Of a stretch of 64,000 nucleotides of DNA, positions 25,290-36,172 are shown piece by piece. The position numbers were made by a program, and so were the translations under genes. The first letter of the stretch is position 1, and the number at the start of each line of letters is the position of its first letter. Origin of the DNA: Mobula hypostoma (lineage: Eukaryota); contig NC_086101.1 of NCBI RefSeq assembly GCF_963921235.1, positions 109,926,001 through 109,990,000 on the forward strand, in the 5' to 3' direction. A model generated the notes under the pieces. The model saw nothing but the letters and a program-made list of their open reading frames with translations, was not told where the DNA came from and did not search any database.

Positions 25290-26689
25290 GCGCCACCAAG
25301 TGTATATTATGGAAAAGAGTGTAGCCGACATTTCAGGCTGAGAACCTTCATCAGGACTGGAAAAAAAAAAGATGAGGAGCCAGAGTAGGAAAGTGGTGGG
25401 AGGGGAGGAAGAACCACAAGGTTCTTAGGTGAAACCGGGAGGGGTGAAGTAAAGAGCTGGGAAGTTGATTGGTGTAAGCTATACAGGACTGGAGAAGGGG
25501 GAATCTGACAGGAGAACACAGAAGGCCATGGAAGAGAGAAAGTGGGGAGGCGGCACCAAAGGGAAGTGATAGGTTGGTAAGGAGATAAGGTGAGAGGGAA
25601 ATGGGAATGGAGAATAGTGAAGTGGGGAGGGTTGGGGACATTACTGGAAGTTCAAGAAATTGTTGTTTATGCCATTGGGCTGGAGGCTACCCAGGCAGAA
25701 TATAAGATGTCGCTCCTTCAGCCTGAGTGTGGCCTCATTGTGACAGGCCAGAGACTGAATTGTCGGAATGGGAATAGGAAATGGAACTGAAAGAGGTGGC
25801 CACTGGGAGATTCCCCTTTTTCTGGCGAATGTGCTCAGCAAAACTGTCTTGCAATCTACGTCGGGTCTCACTGGGAGGCCACGCTGGGAGCACCGGACAC
25901 AGTATTTGACCCCAACAGACTCACGGGTGAAGTGTCACCTCACCTGGAAGGACTGTTTGGGGCCCTGAATGGTAGTGAGGGAGGAAGTGTAGGGGCAGGT
26001 GTAGCACTTGTTCTGCTTGCAAGGAAAAGTGCCAGGAGGGAGATCAATGGGGAGGGACGAATGGACAAGGGAGTCGTGTAGGGAGCGATCCCTGCGGAAA
26101 GCAGAAAGTGGAGGGGAAGATGTGCTTGGTGGTGGGATCCCGTTGGAGGTGGCAGAAGTTACAGAGAATTATGTGCTGGTGGGATGGTAGGTCTACCAGA
26201 AAAAGCAGGGACTCCCATTTTAGTTCCACTTCCCATTCCCATTCCCATTCCAATATGTCAGTCCATGGCCTCCTGTGCTGTCGCAATGAGGCCGCACTTC
26301 AGGTTCAATGAACAACACCTTATATTCCATTTCGGTAGCCTCCAGCCTGATGGTATGAACATTGATTTCTCGAACTTCCAGTAATGCACCCCTTCCCACC
26401 TTCACCAATTACATTTCCCTCTTACTATATATCCTTACCAGCCTATCACTGCCTTCCTCTGGTGCTCCTCCCGCTTTTCTTTCTTCCATGACCTTCTGTC
26501 TTCTCCGATCAGATTCCCCTTCTTCAGCCCTGTATCCCTTACAGCAATCAACTTCCAGGTCTTTACGCCACCCTTCCCCCTTCCGGTTTCACCTATCACC
26601 TGTGATTCTTCTTTCCCTGCCCCCACTTTCTTATTGTGACTCCTCATCTTTCTTCCAGTCCTGAGGAAGGGTCTTCACCCAAAACGTTG
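25290..26689. mobile_element. Two Penelope-like GIY-YIG 3' fragments in inverted (divergent) orientation, each ending in a hammerhead-like motif
   Basis: Minus copy ERHLIFCLGSLQPNGINNNFLNFQ (25641-25871) and plus copy EQHLIFHFGSLQPDGMNIDFSNFQ (26184-26384); the plus copy resumes after the Gypsy insertion at 31001. Confidence 0.8.
25322..25360 (-). ncRNA. Minimal type I hammerhead-ribozyme-like motif (best preserved copy)
   Basis: Reverse complement CCAGTC-CTGATGA-AGGTTCTCAGCCT-GAAA-TG-TC-GGCTA: intact core, stem II AGG/CCT, GUC site, stem I AGTC/GGCT. Confidence 0.55.
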
Positions 26690-27261
26690 TGGCATGATCT
26701 TGGTGGTGGCACCCTCTACCCGGCCAAATTTTAGCCCTCTTGTTTGGATGGATGCTGTGTGTTGTGTCCCCTGTGAAACATCAGTACCCCGAAATAACAT
26801 TCAGTCCACAATGTGCGGTTAAACGATTACGATTTTATATTTAAGTATGGGGTTAGTAGAGAAACAAAAGAAAAGGAAAACAACTAAGAGGCACCAATAA
26901 TCTCATAAACATGTCCAGTGCACAAACGTTGGAGCTCATGGATTCCCTTTCGCTGATCCTCCTTTGCTAGTCGGTCCCTGGGTTCCTGCCCTGAGCCCAG
27001 GCCCAGCAGGTCCGGCAACCATCTCCTCAAGCTACGTCTTCTCTCCTCATCCTCCTCGCGCCTTCTCCACCAAATCTCACACAAACTAACAGCTTTCACA
27101 CAGACAGAAAGAATAACATCTATCACTATTGGTTAGCAAATGAATACATGTCCCGTTATCACTAATTATAACCTAAACATGCTGCTATAGAGAACCACTG
27201 CCTCAGCAGTTAACAGTACAGAGTTCACCCTAGCAGTAACATAAAAGAAGAAACCCTTACA
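26690..27261 (-). repeat. 3' LTR of the Gypsy element (terminal 21 bp deleted)
   Basis: Homologous to 30387-31000; ends CCCTTACA next to the PPT (CTCTTCCCCC on plus). Confidence 0.9.
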
Positions 27262-27739
27262 CTCTTCCCCCACCAAATTTAGTCATGTCCTCATGACTTC
27301 TAAATAACTCGCCAACCCTTCCTGCAGACACAAACCTCAGTCCAGGTACAAACAGTGACATTGCTCCCCAAACAGTAGACCTTATGCCCTGTTCCCCAGG
27401 CGCTACGTAGGCCAACCTATCTGGGAGTTTCCTGGTCCTCCGAGACCTCTGTACCCCCTCACCCAAACCCTTCAGGGTCGGACTCTACTGGGGATACCTT
27501 GGGTCTGCTTGCCGAATCCTCTCTCAATCTCTCACTCATGCCCCCCCTCCCCCCCCCACCGTCTCTTCTTCAGGGTCCTGCAGTAACCCAGGCTGCCCAC
27601 AGCTAGCCACCCCCACCTCACCTGACTCAGTGGGAGAAGGGCCAGGAGTCTCTTCATCCAGCAAGGGGAAGTTAGCGAAAGGCAGTATGTACCACACCTC
27701 CATCTCATCATCTGTCGAATCTGTATTCTTCCCCTTTTT

Positions 27740-28300
27740 CTCGATCGGTAGCTGCTGGTTGGTTCTCTCCACGCTGGAGCACTTGGCCTGGACTGCTTCT
27801 GCAGTCTCTTCAGCCTCCCGTAATCCAGACGACAGCTTCCTCTTGGATTCCTCCAACTCTCGCCGCAGTCTCAGCTGTTCTGACTAATGCTTCTTGGCCA
27901 TCTCAGTCTGGGACTCAGTTACTCCATCAGCTTCTTCCACCCGACGTGAAAAGCAGCAGGTAAAGAGTGTTCAGCCTCCAGTTTAGTGTTCACTGAAATT
28001 ATCTCCAGTTTTTTCTTCCTAATTACTTTTTCCAGATCAACTTTCAGTTTTCCCACTTCATTTAAACTGTCGATGGTCATCTTCTCATTCCCTTCAAGCT
28101 TCCGCTTCCCTCTTCCGAGATCTGGCCGCAACTGCTTCACCTCCTCGGAAGTGTAGTCAAACCCCCCTCTCTGGGCTCTCGATTTTCTGTTGGCCTTAGT
28201 CAGACAGCTTTCTTTGTCTTCCCCAACTTGCAAGTCTTCCAACTGGTTCTGGATCACTTTCTCCAGTCTCTGCTGGGAATTCTGTCTCTCCGTCTTCACT
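27740..28300 (-). pseudogene. Intronless myosin heavy chain rod fragments (closest recalled match MYH16-type) inside the Gypsy element
   Basis: [18 protein letters not shown]...[44 protein letters not shown]; [21 protein letters not shown]; ESKRKL...[21 protein letters not shown]. These match three separate sarcomeric MYH rod segments. Confidence 0.8.
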
Positions 28301-30344
28301 TCAAACTTGATCCCATAGAGACAGTCACTCACGAGCTGCGACCTTCACCAGACCTGGCACGTGTCCAGCGAAAGCTTTAACTCTTTAGTTCTCAGCCGCT
28401 CGTGCAACAGCCTCGCTTCATATTCTTCTGAGGCAGATCCAAATACTAGGAGATCATCCAAATGCACCAAAAATCCAAATGATTTCACATCCCCCACCGT
28501 CTTCCTCATGCCCCGCTGGAAAGTTGCAAGGGCTCCAGATATGCCCTGGAACGTCTTTTCGGATTGCAAGAATCCCAGGGGACTTATAACGGCCGTCTTC
28601 TCCTTGTCAGCCTCACTCATTGGGATCTGGCAACATCCACTCCTCAGATCCAGCACATTGAACCACTTCACACCTCTCAAACAGACCAGCGCGTCTTCCA
28701 CCCTCGGGACCGCATACTGGTCAGGGACTGTGCTCCTGTTCAGAGTCCTAGAACCCACACAACCTCCACACACGCTACCTATGTCTTCCACGGCTGCAGG
28801 GGCCAGTCGCCATGACCTCTCTGTCACCGAGGTGTCTTCAGCAGTCAACTCCCCCCTACCCCTTTGTGGTATTTCGGAGCATCCACTAAGAGGGCTTCAC
28901 TCTCAGATACTCCCCCAGGCCGTACCACCATTAGCTCTTATTTAACTTCGGTACCTTGGCCAATGCTGCCATACACGTCCTCACAAGCAGCTCGAAACAC
29001 TGCGTGCACAGATAATGCCCCCAGACAGCTCTCACCCGCCTTCCTCTGGCAGGCCCCCATGTGCTTCTACACAAGTGGGGTGTGGATCCCCTCCCGAGTT
29101 GACATGCTTCCCGTCTCAACAGTGTCCGGACACATCAGCTCTAATGACTCACAAACCTCAGACACCCACACCTTGGCCTCCGAGAACTCCAGTTTCACTG
29201 ACCAATAATCGTCTTCTGGATGATCCCCAGTACGGATACTCCAAATCTCCAACTCCCTGAATGGTGTCAAAAGTAAATGCTTCAAATACCAGTTGTAAAA
29301 CAAACTGTACAGCAACTTGACCTGCGCCCCAGTGTCAAGGATGGCCTTAGCATAGCTTCCATGTCTCTGTAACGACACACAGGGGTGTGGTCCCTCTAAG
29401 CTTTCAGGAATAGGGTCTTTTCCTTTCGGGAGTTCCTTGGTACATTGCTGGGAACATGTTCCCCCAGAGACCCCAAGCCGTTCCCCTACTGGGCCTCCAC
29501 TAAGTCTCCCGACACCTCTCTGATCAGCTGAACAACTGAGGGAAGGGCTGATCCCCTTAAATGATCCCCCTGGCACTGCAAGAAATTTAGCTGCCCTCTT
29601 AGCCAGAGAAGATACACTGAAAACTTTCCCCCAATCTCCTGACACTGGTATGGAAAGCCCCCCAGGTGCTGTATGTTACTTCCAATTGAGCCAAATGCAT
29701 TTTCCCACACTTTCAGATAACTGGCCGTTGTCACTATGGGGTAATTGACCCTGACAGTTGTAACATCATCAGCAGCCCACCTACTCAAACTTTCAACCAA
29801 TCCCTGTCACTTTCCCTCAACCGAGCACTGCCTCTCATCTAACAACTGAGAGATTCGTTCCGCCCACATCTTGTATGCCTCCACCCCTTTAGGGGTGGGC
29901 ATTATTCCAAAGGAAAAACTGAGTCTGCCGTAGTGGGAACATCTATTCGCCAGAGAAACAAAGGTGGACACTAACTCAGAATTCTCACTCTTCACTTGGG
30001 GACGAGGGCTGATTAAACATTCCAATTCAGACCACTCTTCCCCCTCCCTCCTGACAGTATGGACAGCCCCTGGCCCCGCCTCACCCAGGGCACCCATAGA
30101 CACTGGCAATCCCACCTCTGTGACGTCAGCGCTAGCCCCCACTAAAGAAAGGTCTGAGCCTGCCATTTCGTCAATTTTTTGCACTACGACTTCAAACTCA
30201 CCATCAGCTTTAACCATACCCAAAAATCAAATTAACAATTCATCCAAGGTATGAATATCCAGCCCATTACTAACCCCAATCCCACAGAGGCACACCAGCA
30301 CTGATTTAAACAGGGCAAACACACAGCACCCTACAAAAATCCAT

Positions 30345-30362
30345 ATCCCGGACAAGCCCCCA
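30345..30362 (-). promoter_or_regulatory. Primer-binding site complementary to tRNA-Pro
   Basis: Reverse complement TGGGGGCTTGTCCGGGAT versus canonical TGGGGGCTCGTCCGGGAT (1 mismatch), 3 nt from the 5' LTR end. Confidence 0.88.
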
Positions 30363-30365
30363 CAT

Positions 30366-31000
30366 TGTAAGACTTGCTTTGCCTAGTGGCATGATCTCGA
30401 GGATGACACCCACTCCTCGGCCAAACTTTAGCACTCCTGTTTGGGTGGATGCTACATGTTGTGTCCCCTGTGTAAGATCAGTACCCTGAAATAACATTCA
30501 GTCCACAAGGTGCGGTTAAATGATTAAGATTTTATATTAATTTAGATTAATTTATATTAATTAAGATTTTAAGTATGGGGTTAGTAGAGAAACAAAAGAA
30601 AAGGAAAACAAATAAAAGGTGCCAATAATCTTATAAGCATGTCCAGTGCACAAACATTGGAGCTCACGGATTCCCTTTCGCTGATCCTCCTCCACTCGTC
30701 GTCGACCCCTGGGCTCCCGCCCCGAGCCCAGGCCCAGCAGGTCTGGCAACCATCTCCTCAAGCCACGTCTTCTCTCTTCATCCTCCTCACGCCTTCTCCC
30801 CCAAGCCTGCGCAAGCTAACAGCTTTCACACAGACAGAAAGAATAACATCTATCCCAATTGGTTAGCAAATGAATACAAATCCCATTATCACTAATTATA
30901 ACCCAAACATGCTGCTATAGAGAACCACTGCCTCAGCAGTTAACAGTAGAGAAGTCATTTTATTCACCTTAGCGGTAACATAAAAGAAGAAACCCTTACA
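30366..31000 (-). repeat. 5' LTR of the Gypsy element
   Basis: Perfect inverted termini TGTAAG...CTTACA; adjacent PBS; TSD follows. Confidence 0.92.
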
Positions 31001-31134
31001 GTTGTCTTTACAGTTTTCCACAGATGCTACCTGCCCTGTTCAGTTCCTCCAGCAATTTGTGTGTGTTGCTTGGATTTCCAGTGTAAGCAGATTTCTTTTG
31101 TTTGTTAAGAGTGTATATTCATTGTCTTCTGCTC

Positions 31135-31590
31135 ATCCACTCCTAGATTCACCATGTTGTGCATTCATAAATCCTCTTCTGTACACCACTGATGTAGCAC
31201 ATGGTTATTTGAGTTCCTGTTGACTTGGATCAGTATGGCCATTTTCATCTGACCTATCTCATTAACAAGGTGTTTTCTCCCACAGAACTGGCTGTCACTG
31301 GATGTTTTCCATTTTTTGCACAATTCCCAGACAGCTGTGCGTGAAAATCCCAGGAGATCAATAGAATCTGAGATACTCAAACCACTCTATCTGGCACCAA
31401 CAATCATTCCATGATCAAATTCCCTGAGATCCAATTTATTCCCATTCTGATGTTTGGTCTGAAGAACAACTGAACCTCTTGACTGTGTCTGCATGCTTTT
31501 ATGCATTCAGTTGCTGACAGATGATTGGCTGATTAGATATTTGCATTAACGAGGGGTGTACAGGCGTACTTAATAAAGTGGCCACCGAGT
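31135..31590 (-). mobile_element. Tc1-derived deletion element (5' of duplication unit A)
   Basis: Same family as 16540-17100; TAATAAAGTGGCCACCGAGTGTA terminus. Confidence 0.8.
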
Positions 31591-31805
31591 GTACCTGTAG
31601 CGCTGTCTGTAACCCTGAGAGAATCTGAACAGGACGTTGGACCCAGGGGAAGGGTTGGGAAATGATTGGAGGGTGTCAAAACCTGGAACGGATATGGAGA
31701 CAGAGAAATGTGGAAAGCAGAAGCAAAAACACAAAAACAGACGGGGAGGGAGACAGAGTCTGTGTGACCAAGTCAAAGGGTCTACACCCAGGGTGAGAAA
31801 GGTCC

Positions 31806-31848
31806 ATGGGTTCTACACTGTACCTGATGCTACTTCAACTCATGCTGG
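31806..31848 (+). CDS. Gene 2 leader exon MGSTLYLMLLQLML
   Basis: Kozak GTCCATGG, hydrophobic 14-mer, phase-1 donor G|GTGAGT at 31848/31849; joins in frame to ARSSGSG-FRVQQ of V-A. Confidence 0.82.
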
Positions 31849-32400
31849 GTGAGTAGACCCAGCTCTAGTCGTCACCCCTTCACTCAAGAGTTTGACAAGA
31901 GGGGAGGGATGTTTTCAATAGTGGGTGCGTCTGGGACCAGAGGGAATATCCTCAGAATAGAAGTAAGTCCCTTTACAACAGGGATGAGGAGGAATTTGTT
32001 CAGCCAGAGTGTGGTAAATCTGTGGAATTCATTGCCACAGACAACTGTGGAGGCTACGTCTCTGGGTGTACTTAAAGCAGAGTTCAATGGTTAATGACTA
32101 ATAAGGGTGTTAATGGTTAAGGGAAGAAGGCAGAAGAGTGGCTATGAGGGGGATAATAAATCAGCTGGGATTGAATGGTGGAGCAGACTCGATGGAACAA
32201 ATGGCCTAAATGTGCTCCTAGGTCTTATGGTGTAATGGTCACCTCTTCCTCCCCACCCCTCTTGTCTTAGGGTGAAGGTTAGTCCATCAGCTAGGGGGGC
32301 AGGGGCTTGTCTGGTGCCGAGTGTTACAGGCTGCTTGTCTGCCAGCTGAGATGCGGTCAGAGGTTCCCAAATGACTGTTTGCTCCCTCCCTTTCCCTCAG

Positions 32401-32769
32401 CACGGTCCAGTGGAAGTGGGTTTCGGGTGCAGCAGGCAAGCAACGTGGAAGGTAAAGAGGGTGAGTCCGTCACTCTCCCCTGCTCCTTCACGTACCCGGA
32501 CACCTCCACACCCAGACGCATCGACATTAGATGGAGAGTCGGTAACTACAACGGCACATATATATTCAGTTCCTTACTGAACCACACCACCCACGAATAC
32601 CGAGGCCGGATTGAGTTCCTGGGCTCCCCACTGCAAGACAAGACCGGTTCTATCCACTTACACCGGCTGAACCAAGTGGACTCCAACACCTATTTCTGTG
32701 GCATGACCATGTTTGGGGAAGAAAATAAGATGTGGCAGGGCGCCTCAGGGACCATCCTGAAAGTGAACG
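32401..32769 (+). CDS. Gene 2 IgV exon A, PILR-like
   Basis: Acceptor tttccctcag|, donor G|GTGAGC; 369 nt, phase 1-1, open; VTLPCSFTYP, IRWRVGNY, YRGRI, GSIHLHRL..DSNTYFC, WQGASGTILKVN. Confidence 0.92.
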
Positions 32770-32924
32770 GTGAGCTGGTGCTTCCAAGTTTTCTTCTTCT
32801 TAGCTGGATAATGATTCCAATCAATCTGAAAACACCCTTCCCCCAAAACACACACATGCACAGCCCTCCTGAGAGGCTCATTGACCAGGTGAATGTTTTC
32901 ATTTCCAAATGTTTCAACACCTGC

Positions 32925-33495
32925 ATACACTCAGTGGCCACCTCCTGTATCTAATACAGTGGCCACAGTGCGTATGTTCATGGCCTTCTGCTGCTGTAGC
33001 CCATCCACTTTGAGGTTTGATGTTTAGTGTGATCAGAGATGCTCATCTGCACACCAACACTGTAACACATGGCTACTTGAGTTACTGTCGCTTCCTGTCT
33101 GCTTGAACCCGTCTGGCCAACATCCTCTGAAATTTTTCAATAATAAAGCATTTTCACCCACAGAACCGTCAATCACTGGATTTTTTTTGTTTTTTTTCAC
33201 ACCATTCTCTGTAATCTTTAGCAATTGTTGTGTGTGAAGATCCCAGGAGATCAATAGTTTCTGGGATTCTGAATCCACTGTGTCTGGCAACAACAATTAC
33301 TCCATGGAGTCACTGAGTCAAAGTCACTGAGATCAAATTTCGTTCCCATTCTGATATTTGGTCTGTGCAACACCTTAACCTTTTGACCATGCCTGTGTTT
33401 TACACACTGTGTTGCTGACGCATGATTGGCTGATTGGGTATTTGCACTTATGAGGACCGTACAGATGCACCTAGTAAAATGGCCACTGAGTTTCC
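32925..33495 (-). mobile_element. Tc1-derived deletion element (5' of duplication unit B)
   Basis: CACTCAGTGGCCAC / GGCCACTGAG termini; same family. Confidence 0.8.
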
Positions 33496-33707
33496 AAGTA
33501 GCACAGTCTGAGAGTAAATGAGCAGAAGGTTGGGCTGAGTGGAGGTGCTGGGAAATGATTAGAGGGTGCTGAAATTAGAAACTGATGTGGACACAGAAAT
33601 GTGGCAAGCAGAAGCAATAACTCGGATACAGACGGGGAGTGAGGCAGGGTCTGTGTCACCGAGGCAAAGGGTTTATACCCAGGGAGGAGTGTCGGCCGAG
33701 AGGGTTC

Positions 33708-33750
33708 GTGAACTCCAGCCTGTGGCTGATGCTGCTGAAACTCACGTGGA
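33708..33750 (+). pseudogene. Inactivated paralogous leader exon of unit B
   Basis: GTGAACTCCAGCCTGTGGCTGATGCTGCTGAAACTCACG aligns to leader A; ATG>GTG, and the donor position reads ATGTTG. Confidence 0.7.
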
Positions 33751-34279
33751 TGTTGTGGACCCAGCTCGAGTTGCTCTAGACCCAGCTCAGGAGTTTGACA
33801 AGAAGGGAGGGGTGTTTCCAGTAGTGGGGGAGTCTGGGACCAGAGGGCACAGCCTCACAATACACCCTTTACAGAAGTGAGGAAGGATTTCTTCAGCCAG
33901 AGCGTGGTAAGTCTGTGGAATTCATGGCCACAGACGGCTGTGCAGGCCATGTTATTGGGCATATTTAATGTGGAGTTTCAAAGGTTATTGATTAGTAGAG
34001 GTGTCAACTGTTAAGAGGAGAAGGCTGAAGAATGGCCTTGAGAGGGATAATAAATTATCTGGGATTGAATGGCAGAGCAGACTCGATGGAACGAATAGCC
34101 TCTCTCCTAGGTCTTATGGTTACATGTTCCTCCCTCCCCTCTTTTCTTAGAGTGGAGTTTAGTCTACCAGCCAGGGCAGGGGCTTGTTAGGTGCTGAGAG
34201 TATTATGGACTTGTTGCCTGCAGGATGAGATGCGGTCAGAGGTTCCCAAATGACTGTTTTCTCCCTGCCTTTCCCTCAG

Positions 34280-34648
34280 CACGGTCCAGTGGAAGTGGGT
34301 TTTGGGTGCAGCAGGCAAGCAACGTGGAAGGTAAAGAGGGTGAGTCCGTCACTCTCCCCTGCTCCTTCACGTACCCGGACACCTCCACACCCAGACGCAT
34401 CGACATTAGATGGAGAGTCGGTAACTACAACGGCACATATATATTCAGTTCCTTACTGAACTACACCATCCACGAATACCGAGGCCGGATTGAGTTCCTG
34501 GGCTCCCCACTGCAAGACAAGACCGGTTCTATCCACTTACACCGGCTGAACCAAGTGGACTCCAACACCTATTTCTGTGGCATGACCATGTTTGGGGAAG
34601 AAAATAAGATGAGGCAGAGCGCCTCTGGGACCGTCCTGAAAGTGAACG
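34280..34648 (+). CDS. IgV exon B, near-identical to exon A
   Basis: Intact AG/GT, 369 nt, open; 7 substitutions versus A (R>W, H>Y, T>I, W>R, G>S, I>V, one silent). Confidence 0.85.
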
Positions 34649-34794
34649 GTGAGCTGGTGCTTCAAAGTTTCTGTTCTTGGTTGGATAATAATTGTGATGA
34701 GCCTGAAAACAACCGTCGTACAAACACCTCCCCAGAGGCTGTCTGACCAGCTGAATATTTCGACCAGTTCATAGTTTTCATTTCCGAATGTTTC

Positions 34795-35020
34795 AACGCG
34801 GCAGCGTGGTTAGCGTAATGCTGTTGCAGTGCCAGCGACTCAGGTTCAATTCCCGCTGCTGCCTGTCAGGAGGTTGTAGGTTCTCCCTGTGCTCACGTGC
34901 GTTTCCTTCAGGTGTTCCGGTTTCCTCCCACAGTCCAAAGACCTACAGGTTTGTAGATTGATTGATCATGCTGGCGTTGGGCTGAAAGGGTCTGCTACCA
35001 TGCTGTATCTCTAATTAAAA
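34795..35020 (+). mobile_element. tRNA-derived V-SINE-type element
   Basis: A/B-box-like head (GGTTAGCG...GGTTCAATTCCC) and core TCCGGTTTCCTCCCACAGTCCAAAGAC. Confidence 0.8.
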
Positions 35021-36102
35021 ATGTAAAATGTCTGCAATATTTTCTTTAAAGTTTCAGAGAGCTCTCATCGCTAGGCATCATTGGGGAGTGCTGTGGCCCT
35101 GAATCAGAGTCCGAGACCTTTGCAATATTTTGCTCTAGTTTTTATTTGCCAGAAGCAAAATCATGTTGTTTTGTGACAGCACTACAGTGTAAAGATATAA
35201 TTACTTTCTTTTCAAATCTTTTTATTGTTATATTATACAAAAGAAATAACACGAGTACATTGAAATAACAACACTTACAATGTCTGTTAAAAGACATTAT
35301 CTTAAAGATTGAAAAATTGTGATAACAAAAAACCTACCAAGCAGAAAAAGTGAGACAATTACTAAAAATAAAGTGATATAATTACTAAAAATAACAGAGG
35401 ACAAATAACAAGGTTCATGGGACTGCAGACCATTCAGAAATCTGATGGCAGAGGGAAAGAAGCTGATCCTAAGATGATGAGAGGCATCAACTGTGTGGAT
35501 AGCCAGAGGCTTTTTCCTGTGGTTGTAATGGCTAACACAAGGGGACATATTTTGTAGGTGCTTGGAAGTAGGCACAGAGGGACTGCCTGAGATAAGTTTT
35601 TCACACACGGAGAGGTGAGTGTCAGTGACAGCGGTAGAGGTGGATACAATAGAGTCTTTTAAGACACTCTTAGATAGATACATGAAGCTTAGGAAAATAG
35701 AGGGCTATGTGGTGGGGAAATTCTAGGCAGTTTTCTAGAGTAGGTTACATGGCTGGCACAACGTTGTGGGCCGAAGAGCCTGTAATGTGCTGTAGATTTC
35801 TATGTTCTAAATCATTGAGTATGGGTCTTCAGACTGCTGTATCTCATCCCTGATGGTAGCAACGAGAAGAGAGAATGTCCTGGATCATGAGTGTACTTGA
35901 TCATGGATGCCACCTTCTAGAGCTGTTTACAGTCATTATTCTGATTGGGGCGGTGTCCTGCTCTGTGGGCAGTGCTACCTTTAAGAGGACATGGCTTCAG
36001 AAAGACGTTCAGTACCTCTGGGACCCTGTGTAATTACTGGACCTCTGGGCTAGTCTGTCCCACCCCAGGGTCTGTGGTAACCTGACCAGAAGTAACGAGG
36101 TC

Positions 36103-36104
<2 letters not shown>

Positions 36105-36147
<43 letters not shown>

Positions 36148-36172
36148 CCTCTCTCTCTCTCTCTCTCTCTCT
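36105..36172. repeat. (CT)n microsatellite
   Basis: Read directly from the sequence. Confidence 0.95.

Larger units (their letters stand above)
26690..31000 (-). mobile_element. Non-autonomous Gypsy LTR retrotransposon (PNMA-like gag, protease, RT fragment, integrase tail) carrying myosin sequence
   Basis: Two homologous LTRs; TSD GTTG (26686-26689, 31001-31004); tRNA-Pro PBS; PPT; ILDTGAQV protease; LDLRSG..QI...KTA and [10 protein letters not shown] motifs; PNMA-like YGRLSFSFG...W..ESL; integrase-tail RSRRTRKLPDRLAY. Confidence 0.92.

Noticed and set aside
32307-32400. N-terminal extensions of ORFs 5610, 32307, 34225 and 42150
   Set aside because: Intron read-through ahead of clear splice acceptors; not real N-termini.
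35058-35190. Possible TM exon after V-B (SLGIIG/SAVAL...YFALVFICQK)
   Set aside because: Stop in the required phase, needs a frameshift, and the hydrophobic stretch is interrupted; at best a relic.
35940-36080. CCAAT/GC-box followed by ATG and a phase-1 donor, a possible leader for V-C or RNF167
   Set aside because: The ATG frame stops at TAG before the donor and is not hydrophobic.
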